Of a stretch of DNA of 64,000 nt, positions 1 to 13,700 are shown piece after piece (position 1 is the stretch's first letter; each line of letters begins with the position of its first letter). The DNA is from Tubiluchus corallicola (lineage: Eukaryota > Animalia > Priapulida). The translations under genes were made by a program, and so were the position numbers. Where the stretch lies: positions 620,001 to 684,000 of the forward strand of contig JAQGDQ010000082.1 of assembly GCA_030141605.1 (NCBI GenBank). Direction: 5' to 3'. A model generated the notes under the pieces. It made no database searches. It saw only the letters and a program-made list of their open reading frames with translations, and was not told the DNA's origin.

Positions 1-262
1 ATATGTTTTGTCTCGCATAGACTTTAAACATGCATTTCAAAGCAGCACAAGTGACATGGTTACATTTTCCATTACATTTAATCCTATTTTCAATGAACTT
101 GAAATGATTATAACTTCATATGATCTATACGGAAAACAAAAATTCTCCTTACAAAAAATCCATACCTGAAGTCTGTTAGCAAACTGATGAAGCACTTTTT
201 CATAGCAGAAATTAAAAAAAAACAAGACAAAAATTGTTTTTTGAAGAAAATTAACAACTTAC

Positions 263-1710
263 TTGATGCAGCTGTGCAAAGAGCTAAAGCAGTCTTCAAG
301 TCTCCATAAGTCTCTCTAATTCTTGACTGTTCCAAAAGACTGTCTGCTTCTAAGCACAAACTCTCGCATGGATTCTTGCAACCAACGATGACAGCTTTTG
401 TAATTGGATCAGGATTACTAAAGTCTGTCATTTGATGTTCCATACTTTGGTCCAAAGTTAAATCGCATTCGGTGCTTTGATGTGATGTAATTTCCTCTTG
501 CTTCAGTGTTTGATTTTCCACAACTTTCTGCAGCTTATTTGGTTGAGTATTATGAGTAAATGACGTAGCTGAACACTGACTTGATGAAAGACTCTCCAAA
601 GATGTCAACGAGTTTGTGTCATCTTGGTGTAATAATTTGTTTGGCGATTTCTTAAAACTGGCATTACTGGACATACTAGCGAAGCTTTCAGTGCTACCAT
701 GCAATCGGGAGTCTTTAAAGTCGTAATGAATTGCACGTACTGGAGCAGTCAGATTCATGACAGTGTGGTCTGAATTATGCCGCCGTTCCGGAATTCCTTT
801 ATTATGCTGAAACCAGTTCAGCAATGCATTCATTGACTTAGCCTGATTTTCTGCTGCAGGAGGGGATTCGGTGGAGGAGCTTGTGCTGCTAGCACTATTC
901 CGGTCGCCACTCTTGTAGCCAGAATCTCGCCTATGCGCCATGACAATAGCTTCAGGTATGTCAACTTTTAACTCTCCTTGGTAGCGCCGACGTGCTGCTT
1001 GCTCTGCAAACGATTCTATACTACTGTTACTGCTTCTGCTACCTGGAGTACCAGTAACTGGGCTACTCGACTTCTGAAAGTGTTTCTGCATGTTCAGTAC
1101 ACTCTCAACTGTACGTCTATCAATATAGGAATTTTCAATTGAGTTGCACTGTCCGTGGGTTTCAGGAGCGCTGAAGCCGTTTGATGTGAGATCATAACCA
1201 TTGCATGTAGACGAAGACGTTAAGGACTTGTTGTGAGGCAGTGTGGTATAACCATTAATAAGGTTACAGTCTGATGATGCAGCATTCAAAATGTTATTAT
1301 ACGACGCTGAAGTGTGCATTACTTTTGCAACAGCAGGATCAGTGATCTGATTAATTATACTTCCATCAGTTGCAAAGTGTCCAGGCTGAGAAGTGTTGCT
1401 ACCACTACCTCCTGCATGACATCGAATTATGTCGGTGCTCAGACGATCCCGTCCGCCACGTAAGCTTTCTCCTCTTTTTATCTGATTTGTGTGCACATGA
1501 GAAACTGGCTTTCTTAATGGTGAACTAGAAGCTTTTGCGGCATTGTTGCGGTAATGATTATTATTTGACAGTGTGTACTCAAAGTCTTCAACTGGTCCAG
1601 TAATCTGTCCTGACCATGACTGCTCTGATGAACAACTTGAATAGTCCTGTAGTGAGTGCCTCATGATGGCCTCAAGTGAGTCATCAGTTTTATTTAATGT
1701 ATCATCCAAT
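263..1710 (-). CDS. USP54: USP54-like large low-complexity exon 11 (Ser-rich; [27 protein letters not shown], start of C-terminal helical/MIT-like segment)
   Basis: Core of the 538-aa ORF; ttttattag| acceptor at 1711-1712, A|gtaagt donor at 257-262; 1448 nt. Confidence 0.88.
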
Positions 1711-4700
1711 CTAATAAAAAGCAAAAGAAAAATCTGTCAAAAATGATTCTTTCTGACAAATGCAATCAAAATACTATTCTTGCACTACTACTATTAACTA
1801 CTCAAGCATTTTATATACTGATTCTTATTAAGAACTATGAAGTGAAAGGAATACATAGCTTGGTCAAACATAAAGATAAAACAATTACCACTAACTGTGA
1901 GTCAAAATTAAATCACAGAAAAACTACCACGTTACAATTATTGCCAGTGTAAAATATTATTTTAAACACTTACCTATAGCTTCCCTCAGCTCTATAGTTA
2001 TTATAGTCAACAGCATCACCATTTGAGAGATGTTTAGAGCCAGTTTCGCCATCATGTAAGGAACTTGGAGTTACAGGACGAGCAAAATCTTTCATCAAAC
2101 CGTTGGGCATCTTTTGCGACATGTGAAGGTTGTCCTTGAAGCCTTTCAGGAAAAAAGAGATAAAAAATTAGTGAAAGCAAATGAACAAGAATAATCCATT
2201 TCCAATAACTCATTTTAATTATAATTTTTTAACACATAAACTTACAAATTTTGCAAAGAACAAAAAACTGCATTGAAGCTACCAAAATACAATAATCTTT
2301 ATCTCACCAGTAGCTCTCAAACCTGAATGCTGTAAAACCTTTTATCGTATACTCAAACCTACCAGGACTAAACGGTCGGCAACCTGGCACCATCGTAATA
2401 TGAGAAGGAGCAGCATCAACTGCGACTGGTAAGCCATGTGGATTCGCATAGAGTAAAAGCAGTGGCTGATAGTTTCCACGGCAACACTTGTCAACAACAT
2501 TCTCCCAAGAACCAATCTGTAAATTAAAACAATTCCTTATACAATGAACAAAAAGAGAACTCATTTTTAAAATCATAAAAGACAGGTGTGCAAAGAAATT
2601 GTTAAACGTAAGATAAGAGAAGCTATTTACCTCACGCACTCGAGCATCATCAAAATAAATCCACATATCACGTGACGTGTGGTAGAAAAAGGTTGAGTAA
2701 TGCTTGCCGTAATAAGAAACTATTCCTACTAGATTTAACATAGGTGACGCCTTCCATCTCTCGTCCAACACTGATGAGAAAATCTAGAGAAGGAAAGAAA
2801 AACACTTAAAGCAAATATTTTGATTTTTTTCAAGGCTTTTCCAAAAAATAGACTAACCAGTTTTCAAGCTGTTTATCAATTTCCTAATAAATTAAACACA
2901 AACAGAGATAATGAAACTGATATAAACTCACAAGTAACACGGCCAAGCATCACATTGCTATGTATGTATTATACCATATACATGTATGCTGATGTTACTT
3001 ACGTCGGGCAAACGTATGCACGCTCCGATGGCTTGCACTACTTCTTGAATATGGTGTGGCTTTGGCTTTTCCGATTCCCATGCTAAGCCTATGCTGATAA
3101 TATCAGGACAGTTGAGTAAATTTCTCCGGATTCTATTTCTTTCCCCACAATTTGCCTGAAAAACAAAACAAACTTAAGATAACCTTCTTTGAAAATGTCC
3201 ATTACCTCTAACAAAATATGGTATTTACAGCTGTCCTTTTGCCAGAACGGAAACAGTTTTTGTGCTACTAAATATAACCAAAGTAGCAACACAACAGAAG
3301 TAAACATTAAATAATTGAAATAGGAAAACTATTATAAAAAGAGGTACAACCCAGGCAGAGATCAATGAGTTAGTCACATGCTTAATATGAATACACTTAC
3401 AGGACAGTTGCGGAAATCTCCCATGGCTCCAGCTCTCCGCAATAATCGACCAAATCTCTCTAATGAAGTATCATCGGTTCTTTCAATAACTCTGCTCTCC
3501 GCTCTATAAAAAAATTTAACAGCGATACCTTTTAACTATTGTCTTGCCAACAATAGAACATATTTTTGATTCATTTACGAATATCTTGTCTCGCATTTAC
3601 CGTTTTCAATTTAAAAACGTACTATGAAGCAAATTAAACGGCTAGTGTTATTACAGTTAAATCATAGTAAGCTAGTTAAATCACATTCATTTGTAAAAAG
3701 TTCATTGTTTTCCATATGTAATCTCTATACCTATACCTCCAAATTAGTTGTGAATAGCCTAACAATGGAAAAAATTTGATGTTTTCCCTGACTTTAATGA
3801 CTTTTAAATGTTTAATCACAAGGATCATTTCAAATACATACGCTAAGGCAGTGGCTGATACATAATGCACCATTTGAGAATAAGGTGGTAGTTCAGTAGC
3901 AGCACCACAGCGGCCACATATACTCTGTGAAAGAAAATAAAATCAAAATGTTTTAATTATAAAATTTCTGCAAAAATTTTTTTTATAATTTTTTTATGCT
4001 AACTCCTAAAATCAATAACGGGTTAAAGCAATCTTAGGAACTGTAGAAAAAGAAAAAAACAAATTCTATGAAAGCTATCACTAACGTTACAAAGGAAAAA
4101 ATTAAATTAGATTTAATATTTCTTTCCAATGCAGACAGAAAACCACAGCTGATCTGCAATGTTATAATTCACACAGGAACAGAAACTAGCAACTGAAAAA
4201 ACGTAGCAATCGAATAAAGTCAGTCATAGATGGTTTATCAATAGTTTCGCAATAATGTTTGTAGTTCAGGAACTTTTAGAGAAGTAATCTTACCTGTTCT
4301 GAAATTCGCATGGAAAACTTCTGGTGAGATATGCAGTACTCTGCAGTACAGTTATCTTCTGGCTCAGAATGAGCAATGTGAAAATGCAGACGCTGCAACA
4401 TGTTTTCCTATAAATAACACAAAAACAAGAATATGTTTAGTGGTTAAAATACGTGTCAGAATCAAAATAGATTTTTCGGAACGTTGCATTTGGAAGGCCA
4501 TTATTAGCAAACGAATCAACATTTACATTCAAAGTAAATAAATAATTCACTTATTACTAGAAACTTTTAGAAACATGGCCACAGGTGGCACTGAGCCCTA
4601 GTACATGTGAGGCTCCTGAAGTTCAGGTTAATTGTGGTAGCACCAAGACTAATTATAAAATGTCCACCAAATTATTTGAATAAAATTAAGAGACTAGAAC

Positions 4701-7700
4701 CTAAAAATATAACTTATATAAAGAAATTTTCTATAAACAAATTTTTTACTAAACTTATCAGCTTAAACCAGCAAGTGAAACTTAAAAGGTAAACTTGTTA
4801 AATTATAACAAATTCCAATTGATGCGTTTTTATTGTTTTATTGCCAAGAGAATCTTGGAAAATATAGCAAATCCTGGAACTTTCACAAATCCTGTATTAA
4901 CCAATTTTATAAGGCACAGCACACAATAACCTATTGATAAATTAGTCAAAAATAAAAAGAAAACAAGAGCTTAACTTACAAAACACTCAGCTGCATCATC
5001 CATTAAACCAAGTTGAAATCTTTGCTGATCTTGAAATGTTTCGGCAAGAGCTTTTCTGAGAGAATCTGGTGGCAAGACGGTCTGTGAACTATACTGGAAC
5101 TGAGTGAACAGCATCTGTGAAAAACAACAAACAGAAATTGAAATAATTAGAAAAGTCAACTATATATCTATAGATACAAATAATCATCCAAATAGTATGG
5201 TCACTTTTGTACTGGACAATAACCAGGTATTTTCATATTATTATCTCATATTACTTATTGAACTATATGACTCGATAGTGTTGTTTGAGTTGTTGGATTT
5301 AACGAGTCATATAGTTTAATAAGTAATATGAGATAATAATATGAAAATACCTGGTTATTGTCCAGTACAAAAGACCCCAATAATACTGACTTAATATTCA
5401 TAAACGCAATGGAACATCAGTGATCACATATTATATCGAAGTGATAATACAAAACTAGTGTATAAAATTTATGGAGTTCAATAAATTATTATAACTAATT
5501 AAATATTACTATTAGTATTACTAAACAGCACAACATAACACTTTATTTATAATATATGTACACAATCTAGTGAATCTACACATACCCATGGTCGCACAAT
5601 GAAAATGTCATAAATACATGTTAGCAGTGTTTACATCAACATTTAGATTATTAGATTTATATGTATAGTCAGTTAACAAGGTGGTGAACTACATACCAAC
5701 ATTGAATAAACATTTAAAGCAAACTTTCAGTAAATGTCCCTACTTACATCAGAGAGAAGCTTTCCCAAATCAAATTCAAGGTAAACATATTTATCAAGTC
5801 TGATAGAATAAACACTATAGTACGTGTAGTGCATACAGTTCAATGTACAAATACTCTGTGACAGAATATAACCTGATTAAGTATAGGTGCTGAAAAATTG
5901 AGAGACTACCTTTAATGCACACACTATGCATGAGTGCCCAAGGCAAGTGTGGCCTGTAATTTCACGAAAGCTTCTCCGAAAAACATCTAGATGCCATAAC
6001 ACCTGAAATAAATGAAAAAGATAAGTTTTCTGGAACCAATAAAACAATTACATTCTGAAGTTACAGGTGAATTTTTAAACAGTTAGAACGGAATTAACTA
6101 AAACACTGCATTCCTAATGGCTGAGCAAAGTGAAGCTGGCGACAAAATATTTTTTACAAAGGGTCAACACCCAAACAAATCGCAAAAGCTGGACACTGGA
6201 CACCATGACCCTTCCCCATGAATTGCAAAACACAGAAAACTGCATTTTTTATGATTAAATGGGATAACCATCGGATACCAACCTGAATACAGGTGTACAC
6301 AATAAAAATAATTGTTGCAGTAATCAAATGCTCGCTGAAGCAATTACATAATGAATAATGTATTAAGCTAGTAGAAGCTCTTGAGCAGCGCCATATCGTA
6401 CCAAGAGAAGTCAAAGGCACTTTAACCACCAAATCAACATAATTGAGTGTATTTACTAAATAATTAATAAGCTAGTGGTTAGGTGTTAATAATTTAACAA
6501 TTCACCTGCATATAATAGAGATCAACACTAGTAAAAGAACACACAATGTTAAATTCCCAAGACTAAACTTGACTAAAAGGCCACTTGGATTCACCTTGAA
6601 TTTGAACCAAGAACATTATGATTACAAGTCCAGCACCATGACCATTAGACCGCGCATTTCCTTTAACGATCTAGTTACGGTGTGGTCTAAATTAATAAGC
6701 TAAGTAAGAACCTTTCTAATGCAAACCTACACGCCGAATCTTTTTCTATCAATCAACTCTTCTTAATTTTGACCACCCTGCATCAGAGAGCTATTCCACA
6801 CTGTTTTCTGTAGGTCAACTACCTAATGCTAATCGTTTTCTAAGCCCTCTTGGGAAATTCAACCGTCAGTGCATTTTTGCTGGATTATGGGCAAAAGTTC
6901 ACACGGAATTTAGCGAAAAACGAATCGCTACCGAACAATCCTTTTCTAACTTACATTCTTCAAGATTCAAGTAAGCTTCCTACGTTTGAAAACTAGAACG
7001 AATTGAAGACGTTAATCCATACATACTTAGTCACTTACTCCCACGCATTCGGTTTGTTAGGCTTGTTGGCTGGTGAATACAGCTAATTTTCTCCACGTAG
7101 AATTTACCTAATTCATAGCTAATTTCCCCAAGTAGTGTTTAGCTAATTCAAACGACTGTATTTGTATGCACAGCTGTGCAAAGTAATATACATGCATTTA
7201 TCGCCACCCGCAAGAATTAATTTTGATTAATTTTATCAAGAACATTTTCCACTGTTTTATAGGGGTTGTTGCCCGACCACTATGTTGATTAATAAGATGA
7301 ACGGAAACGCCGTAAATTCCTAATTTCCTCCCACTGGCTTCATTTACAGTTGCTTCATTCGTAACCGCACGTGATCTCACTACACAAAACACCTGTCTGT
7401 TGCCAAGGTTACAAGAAATGGGTGTGTGCGCTAATATTAACAGACGCAAATAGAAGAAATAGTAAATCTAGGCTCGCTATTAGACCTTTACATAATTTTG
7501 AATGAGAAGACTAAACAGCGAATACACTCAATAAGCTTACGAATAAAAAAACCGCCTCGTAAGGAGGGATTTTCATTTATTTGTTTTGTATTATTAGAAT
7601 GTTTTATTTAAATATTTCACGTATTTCACAGCTGTTCGTTAACTGACTACCGTAAGAAAAATTTACTATCAATGTAATATCGCAAATTGTAAAACACTTA

Positions 7701-10700
7701 CTAGGCCCATGCATTGGTTTAGGCCTACTTGAGAAATAACTGCACAATAATACTGATAAAGTATAAAGCGTCTTCCAAGAATCACAAAGTAATAAACGGG
7801 TAAACAAGGTGGTATAAAATTATTTCATGAAATGTAGATGATTACTATTTAAACATTGGCGGCAAGGATGCGATCTACACTTGTAATTTCCATGGAAACG
7901 CCCCCTACGCACTTGTAAGCCTGCGGAAAATCGCGCCACCTCACAACTCTGAGGAACTTTCTTAGATTATCGTCAACAGGAGGAAATGCAAATGAGAATT
8001 CAATGACGCGGTCCACCTTGAAATCGAGGAAATAAACCCATTTTCACAGCCGCCATTATCCCGTCGCATACAAGATGACAAGAAAATTGTACGTTATGGC
8101 AAGAAATCTTGTTACAGACGTAAAGGTATAATAATCTCAGAAGGTGAAATGTAGGCAGCCAAATTCTAAAGTTGCGCACAATATTAATAAGTGAAGTTCA
8201 ATCGCGCAAATATTTACATAAGCCACTGGCCAGTGCCTGAGCTGCAGGACGACCTCACTGGGTTTGTTGTCAGCAACTGCTTTAACGGCCGATTCCTAGT
8301 CGCATTCAGTCTATCCAATGTGTGAGGCTTTATTGGCATATGATACATTATACATATTAGCACATTACCGAGACACCTACTGCTTCTCGATAAGTAATTT
8401 AACAACTTCCGTAAAAGTACAAGATAGCAACACCATATTGCTGATTAATCCCAATTCAACGTCAACCTCATTTTCATTGATTAGAATCCTGTAATGAGGA
8501 GTAATTTTAACACAGCAGCAAAACGAACTTAGTTAACAAAGCAAACTGAAGCACTGTACTCACTTGCAGCTTATGAACACCAAACAAACAGAGAAATTAA
8601 ATTAAAACCTACTACAAGTTTTCATCAACATAAAACGCCCCAACAAAATGGCCGCTTTATAACCTTCTAGCGACTGCACCCTAATAAATTTATGAATACA
8701 AAGTACAAAGTATGCCAAGCCACTCCTTCAGCCCACTCAGATAACACGCAAAAACTTAGCACACTCAATCCGTCTTTTTGTTATCACATAGACTTCAGGC
8801 AAACCATTACATCAAGTCAGGGAGGCGGAGACTATGTAATGGAATGTTAACTTTAGGTGCAAAACTCCTAATCTGTAATTGCAATTGCGACTGTCTTGCT
8901 GATATGTTTACATTTTACTAGATTCTCACGTGAATCTAATTTTCATTCTCATTTTTACGTTGCATCTTCTTCGTGCCTTTTCATCTGCATCTCATCCTCC
9001 CATAAATTACATTTTATTCCCGCAACTGCACATTTTCTTTTGTGTTTGCCTTATTGGGCCTGACCTCAAGTTCGTCTTTTTCAACAGTCCCGATAGTTTA
9101 CTAATCAAAACTTCTTTATACTATTTACATACTTGTTTTTTTATAATTTTATTGAAATTAATTTCACCACATTTATGTATTTATTGTTATGGCAAATAAG
9201 AATAAACTAAACTAAAAAAAACTCCGCAGTAATTAAAATTTTGAGACTTGTTATACTCGGGAAGATGTAAAAATAGAAAAATGTGGGCTAAACGAGATAG
9301 CTGTATAAGCTCCATACAGCTGTTTATCATAAATACAAGATCATAAACTTAGTTCAACTCTTAATCTGTAATGAATTGATTACTATCAATAATCACTCAC
9401 CAAAACCAAGTTATTATAAAAACACGTATACAAAAATATTAAGCAAATGTCTACTTCTTTTAATTTAGAAAATTAATATAAGAAAAAGCGATGATACTTT
9501 CAGCAATTACAGCTAATAATAAAATAGCAGCTCTTTCGCCCATGTATGTAGTTTATTGACCAAATCAAATTACAAGATTACATGAAGGTAAATGCCACAA
9601 TCGATACATTAATGATTTTAGTCCAAATGTCACTTTACGCAAATTTTCTACTCAAATTTACAGCAGTAAAAACTGTGTTAAGCCTACAAAGTACTTTTTT
9701 TTTAAAGATCACAATGGTAAATCTATAAGCGAAACAAGCCACAAGCCACCCATAAATTTGCAGCTCGTGCATAAGTGAAACTGAATTCAATTCAAATGCC
9801 TCGCTTGCAATTTCATAAACAAATTCAAGCGCATTAAAATGTACAATTTACGAAGAATTCAAGCCGTTAAAATGTACGTGACCATCCGTTAATCTTAAGT
9901 TACGATTTCTAGCAAACCCCGGCCAGTAAAGGTGCGCACCAACCTCCACTTTTAGTCCAGAATCTGATCACTCAACTGCGTCTAGTTCTGTGCAAACAAA
10001 GCCTGCAAACTCAAGGCCAGTTTTACTACAAAGCAGCAAGAATAATGGCTCCTCTAGACATGAAGTGACCCCAAGTGAGATAAAACTGGTACAAGACGGG
10101 GCCGCTTAATGGTCAAGAGACAACAGGACAATACAGTAACAGCGTTCTGCCGATTTTTTTTAAACAAGAAAAGTCTATAAGCTAGAAGAGGGCAATTTTT
10201 GAACAAAAGTGTGAAATCACTCGCCTGGGCGTTAGTGAGCGTACAACAATAGAAGATAACATACAACGCCCAGGAATAGTTTTGCATATTGGGTGTAGGA
10301 AAAATGATCCTTGAAGGCGGAGGCGCCATGATTACAATCGCGCCTTGAATAAGGATATAATCCGATGTATATTTGTAACCTATAATCTTTCCTTGTTATA
10401 GGCCTTGCCTAAAGTCCCAAAGTTATATTAAGTCAGTCTAACTTTTATTACTTTTTTTGTTATAAAGCTCATTGTGCCAAACGATAATAAATTTATAAGT
10501 CTAACAGCAACAAAGCGAACGATTGAAATGAAAACAAAATCAACGAAATCAAGAAAGAATTTCTGTGAAAAAAAAAGAAAACATTTTCTTTTGATTAGAA
10601 AGTGTCAAATTAGTAAAATGAGACCAATGATCTCGAATACATGTTAAATTTAGTGCAACTATACAGTATAGAAATGGCTGTTAATGTATGAACGGAACTA

Positions 10701-13700
10701 AAATGTGGATAAAAATCTTACTTCTCGGTACAGGCAGATGCCCACTTTTATAAGCACTTTAAATGTCAAAACTTGAATTAGTTTTGTTGGGGGTATGCAA
10801 AAGAGAAATAACAAGAAAGTAGGCATCCACAACTTTCTATATATATATAATTAACAATAATAACAGATTGGAACTTGCTTAAAAGGTCCAAAAACTTGTA
10901 GGGATTAATGACACAGCCCCCTGTTAAGGCACTCGTGCCGCATCAGAAACTGATTGCATAACCTGCCCCGACGTTGAAATGCGAGAAAAAACTCGTCCCA
11001 ATGTTGAACTACAAAATTATGTAAAACAGAATAATGGTGCCATTGATCCAGACAAAGAGCATACAACTTTACAATTCAAGTTCAGAGTCATCAAGTTTTT
11101 GCTGCACTTGCCAGGTACGTTGAAGTGCCTCGAGGAATTCAGTTTTGTGTAACAAAGTAAAGATTGGCGCCTAAAGTTTTCTTGGCGCAGCGCCAGCTCA
11201 GGTACTGTGCCTGGGATTTGTTGAAATGAGAGTCAGTGAAAGAATGAAGTATGATTAATAACGCTATATGCACTTAATCACTATAATCTATGTGAGAATT
11301 ATTATAATTAATTATTTATATATATGTGTAAGAAAGTGTAAATCCAGAACTTGAAAATGGTGGGTTGTCATTTTTCAAAGGGAAATCCTGTCAAATGCAG
11401 GGTTCCCTGCAGAGTTTGATTGTCCTATAGGCTAACGCCTAAAGTTCTCAAGTTTGGGGGCCCTCAAGCTTTGGTAAATACAGAATTTGTGTTGAAAATG
11501 TATGTGTTAATTTGGTTTGCAATAAATAGTAAGTACTGGTATTTCTTAAACACTATTTTTACTGACAAACAAAAGACAGCTACTCTAGTTCATTTAAAGA
11601 ATTTGCAATATGTTTACTGTAAGCTATGTAAATGTGGCTAAAATATATCACGAGTAAAAAATATTCAAAATGGGTTACAAGGTGGCACCGTCTGAGGGAG
11701 GCCCTATGATTTAATTAGCCTAGGGCTGTCAGAAGGTCATAATCCGGCACTGGTTCCTTGTGGGAAGCTCTTCGGGACACATTTGTTTTCAAGGCTGACA
11801 TCTGTAATACTGGTTACTCGAGCGGAATGAAAATCTCTTTATTCGTTTTTGTGTTGTCATCCCTGAGAAACGTAATGATTTGATTGAGTTGATTTTTCTA
11901 ACTCTTGCTCACACCTGGCTCTCCCAGCTTAACACGTGCCCGTGGCATATTAATCACATTTTTAAGTCTGGATGAACGCAGTAAAAAACTTGCCCAGACG
12001 CATGAAAGATTTCTTTTAGAAGAAGGAGCACCTGCCATCTGAAGAAGATAAGTAGGTTAACTACAAAAAAGCGATTATTTCTGATCACCAAAACTTCAGC
12101 AAACACCTGCTACCTATACCTTCTCGACGATTCATGACTAATTAGCGTCATGGAAGCTGAGGAAAAGGAGCTTTAAACGTTCAAGTAAAGACTTATACAG
12201 ATAGCCGCGAGGTAAACGCCACAATCTAAGAAAAATGACGCCTTGAAAAACGTAAATTAACGTTACAAACTGAAGATAAAAAGGATTTGCAGTTTTCAGT
12301 TACATTTGCAGTGAATATATAATGAGAAAAATCAAGCGTACATAAAATTAAATATGTCATTCAATTTTCACCTTTTTATTTATTCAACCATGAGCAATCA
12401 ATTTGAAAAGCATTACAAAACTTGAAGTGACGATACCCAAACTGCAGATTTATACGTTGATTTTAATTACTATTAATTAAATAATTGTTTCATTCTTTAC
12501 TCATTTTTACTCATTCTATGATCACACCAAAAGTTCATAATTACACACATACACACTGCGCAATAGTACGATAGTGAATCGCTTAACCTTAACGAGTATT
12601 TTTTAAGAAACAGATCTCTTCCCTCTAAATTTCTACATAAAAGCACAAAAAGCAAAACAAAATGCTCGAAAAGCTGCTCTTTTCAAATGTCACTCACTTG
12701 TCAGACAAAAATCTGAAAAACGTACAACGTCTAAAAAGGATAATTCCAGAGCCATTCAAAATTAGAATAACATTGCTGCATCCTATACTTATCCCTACAA
12801 AGAATGTACTTTGTTTCCTATTAACCCGTAAATTTACGGGAAACATGAAAGAACTCGACTGCATACCACACTGCTGTAACGCACGTGAAAATATATAAAA
12901 GTTTATCGTTAACAAAAAATTTGATCATCGGTGAAAAATCAGAGAACTTCAATATCTGTAAAAGTTATTCACTTCTAGTAACAATAAGCAAGAGAGAAAT
13001 CTATTATCATGTAATTTAGGTAAAAAATAATTCGTATAATGAAATAGGTAACAAACGTGTTGGTAAAAGTAACAGTAAGTCGAAAAAAATCATGGGTTAC
13101 GTGGGTTAATGTTTAATCTTTTTGCGGGATGTAAACGTAAAGCAACCAAGCTAAAAAATTTCAAAGTCAAAAAGTACTTAAATTTAGTTGCTTGGGAACA
13201 ATCAAGCTCAAGTAACATTTTAATTTTTAAAAGGGTCAAAGTAAAAACAGAAGGAAGCCCCGCGATCCTAAAAACCATAATCGTTTTGCTACTTTTTGAA
13301 AATTTATATTTAAAAACGTATAGTACTATAGCTATATTATGACTTAAACATTTTGCAACTAATCCGGGTAATTTTTTACCGCCATCTGGCGTTTATCCAA
13401 CAAACTAATTGTATCATGAAAACACTATCAATTCGTATGTGTTGATGTTCATGCTCATCTCGCCATAGCAATGGCTCGTTAAACCGCCAAGCGGGCGCGT
13501 TTTTACACAAAATTTCTTTTTCATAAATCGCCATGAAAGGCTGGACATCGTGTCACCTGCCCAGTACACGTTAATTAACCACACCTATCTCACCTGAACA
13601 AACAACTTCACATTGACGTGAACGATACACGACGTGGAGTGTGCCAATTAAAAACAGATTTGTTTGTAGTCATGGTGTTTATAAATGAGCAGGTGAGACG

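Noticed and set aside
108-262. C-terminal extension KLLIFFKKQF... of the 538-aa ORF as the true USP54 end
   Set aside because: Follows a perfect A|gtaagt donor, is T-rich intron-like sequence and interrupts the conserved helical segment; the gene most likely continues beyond the window.
6598-6655. Functional tRNA gene
   Set aside because: A/B-box-like motifs are present but no acceptor stem or cloverleaf can be formed; treated as a SINE head.
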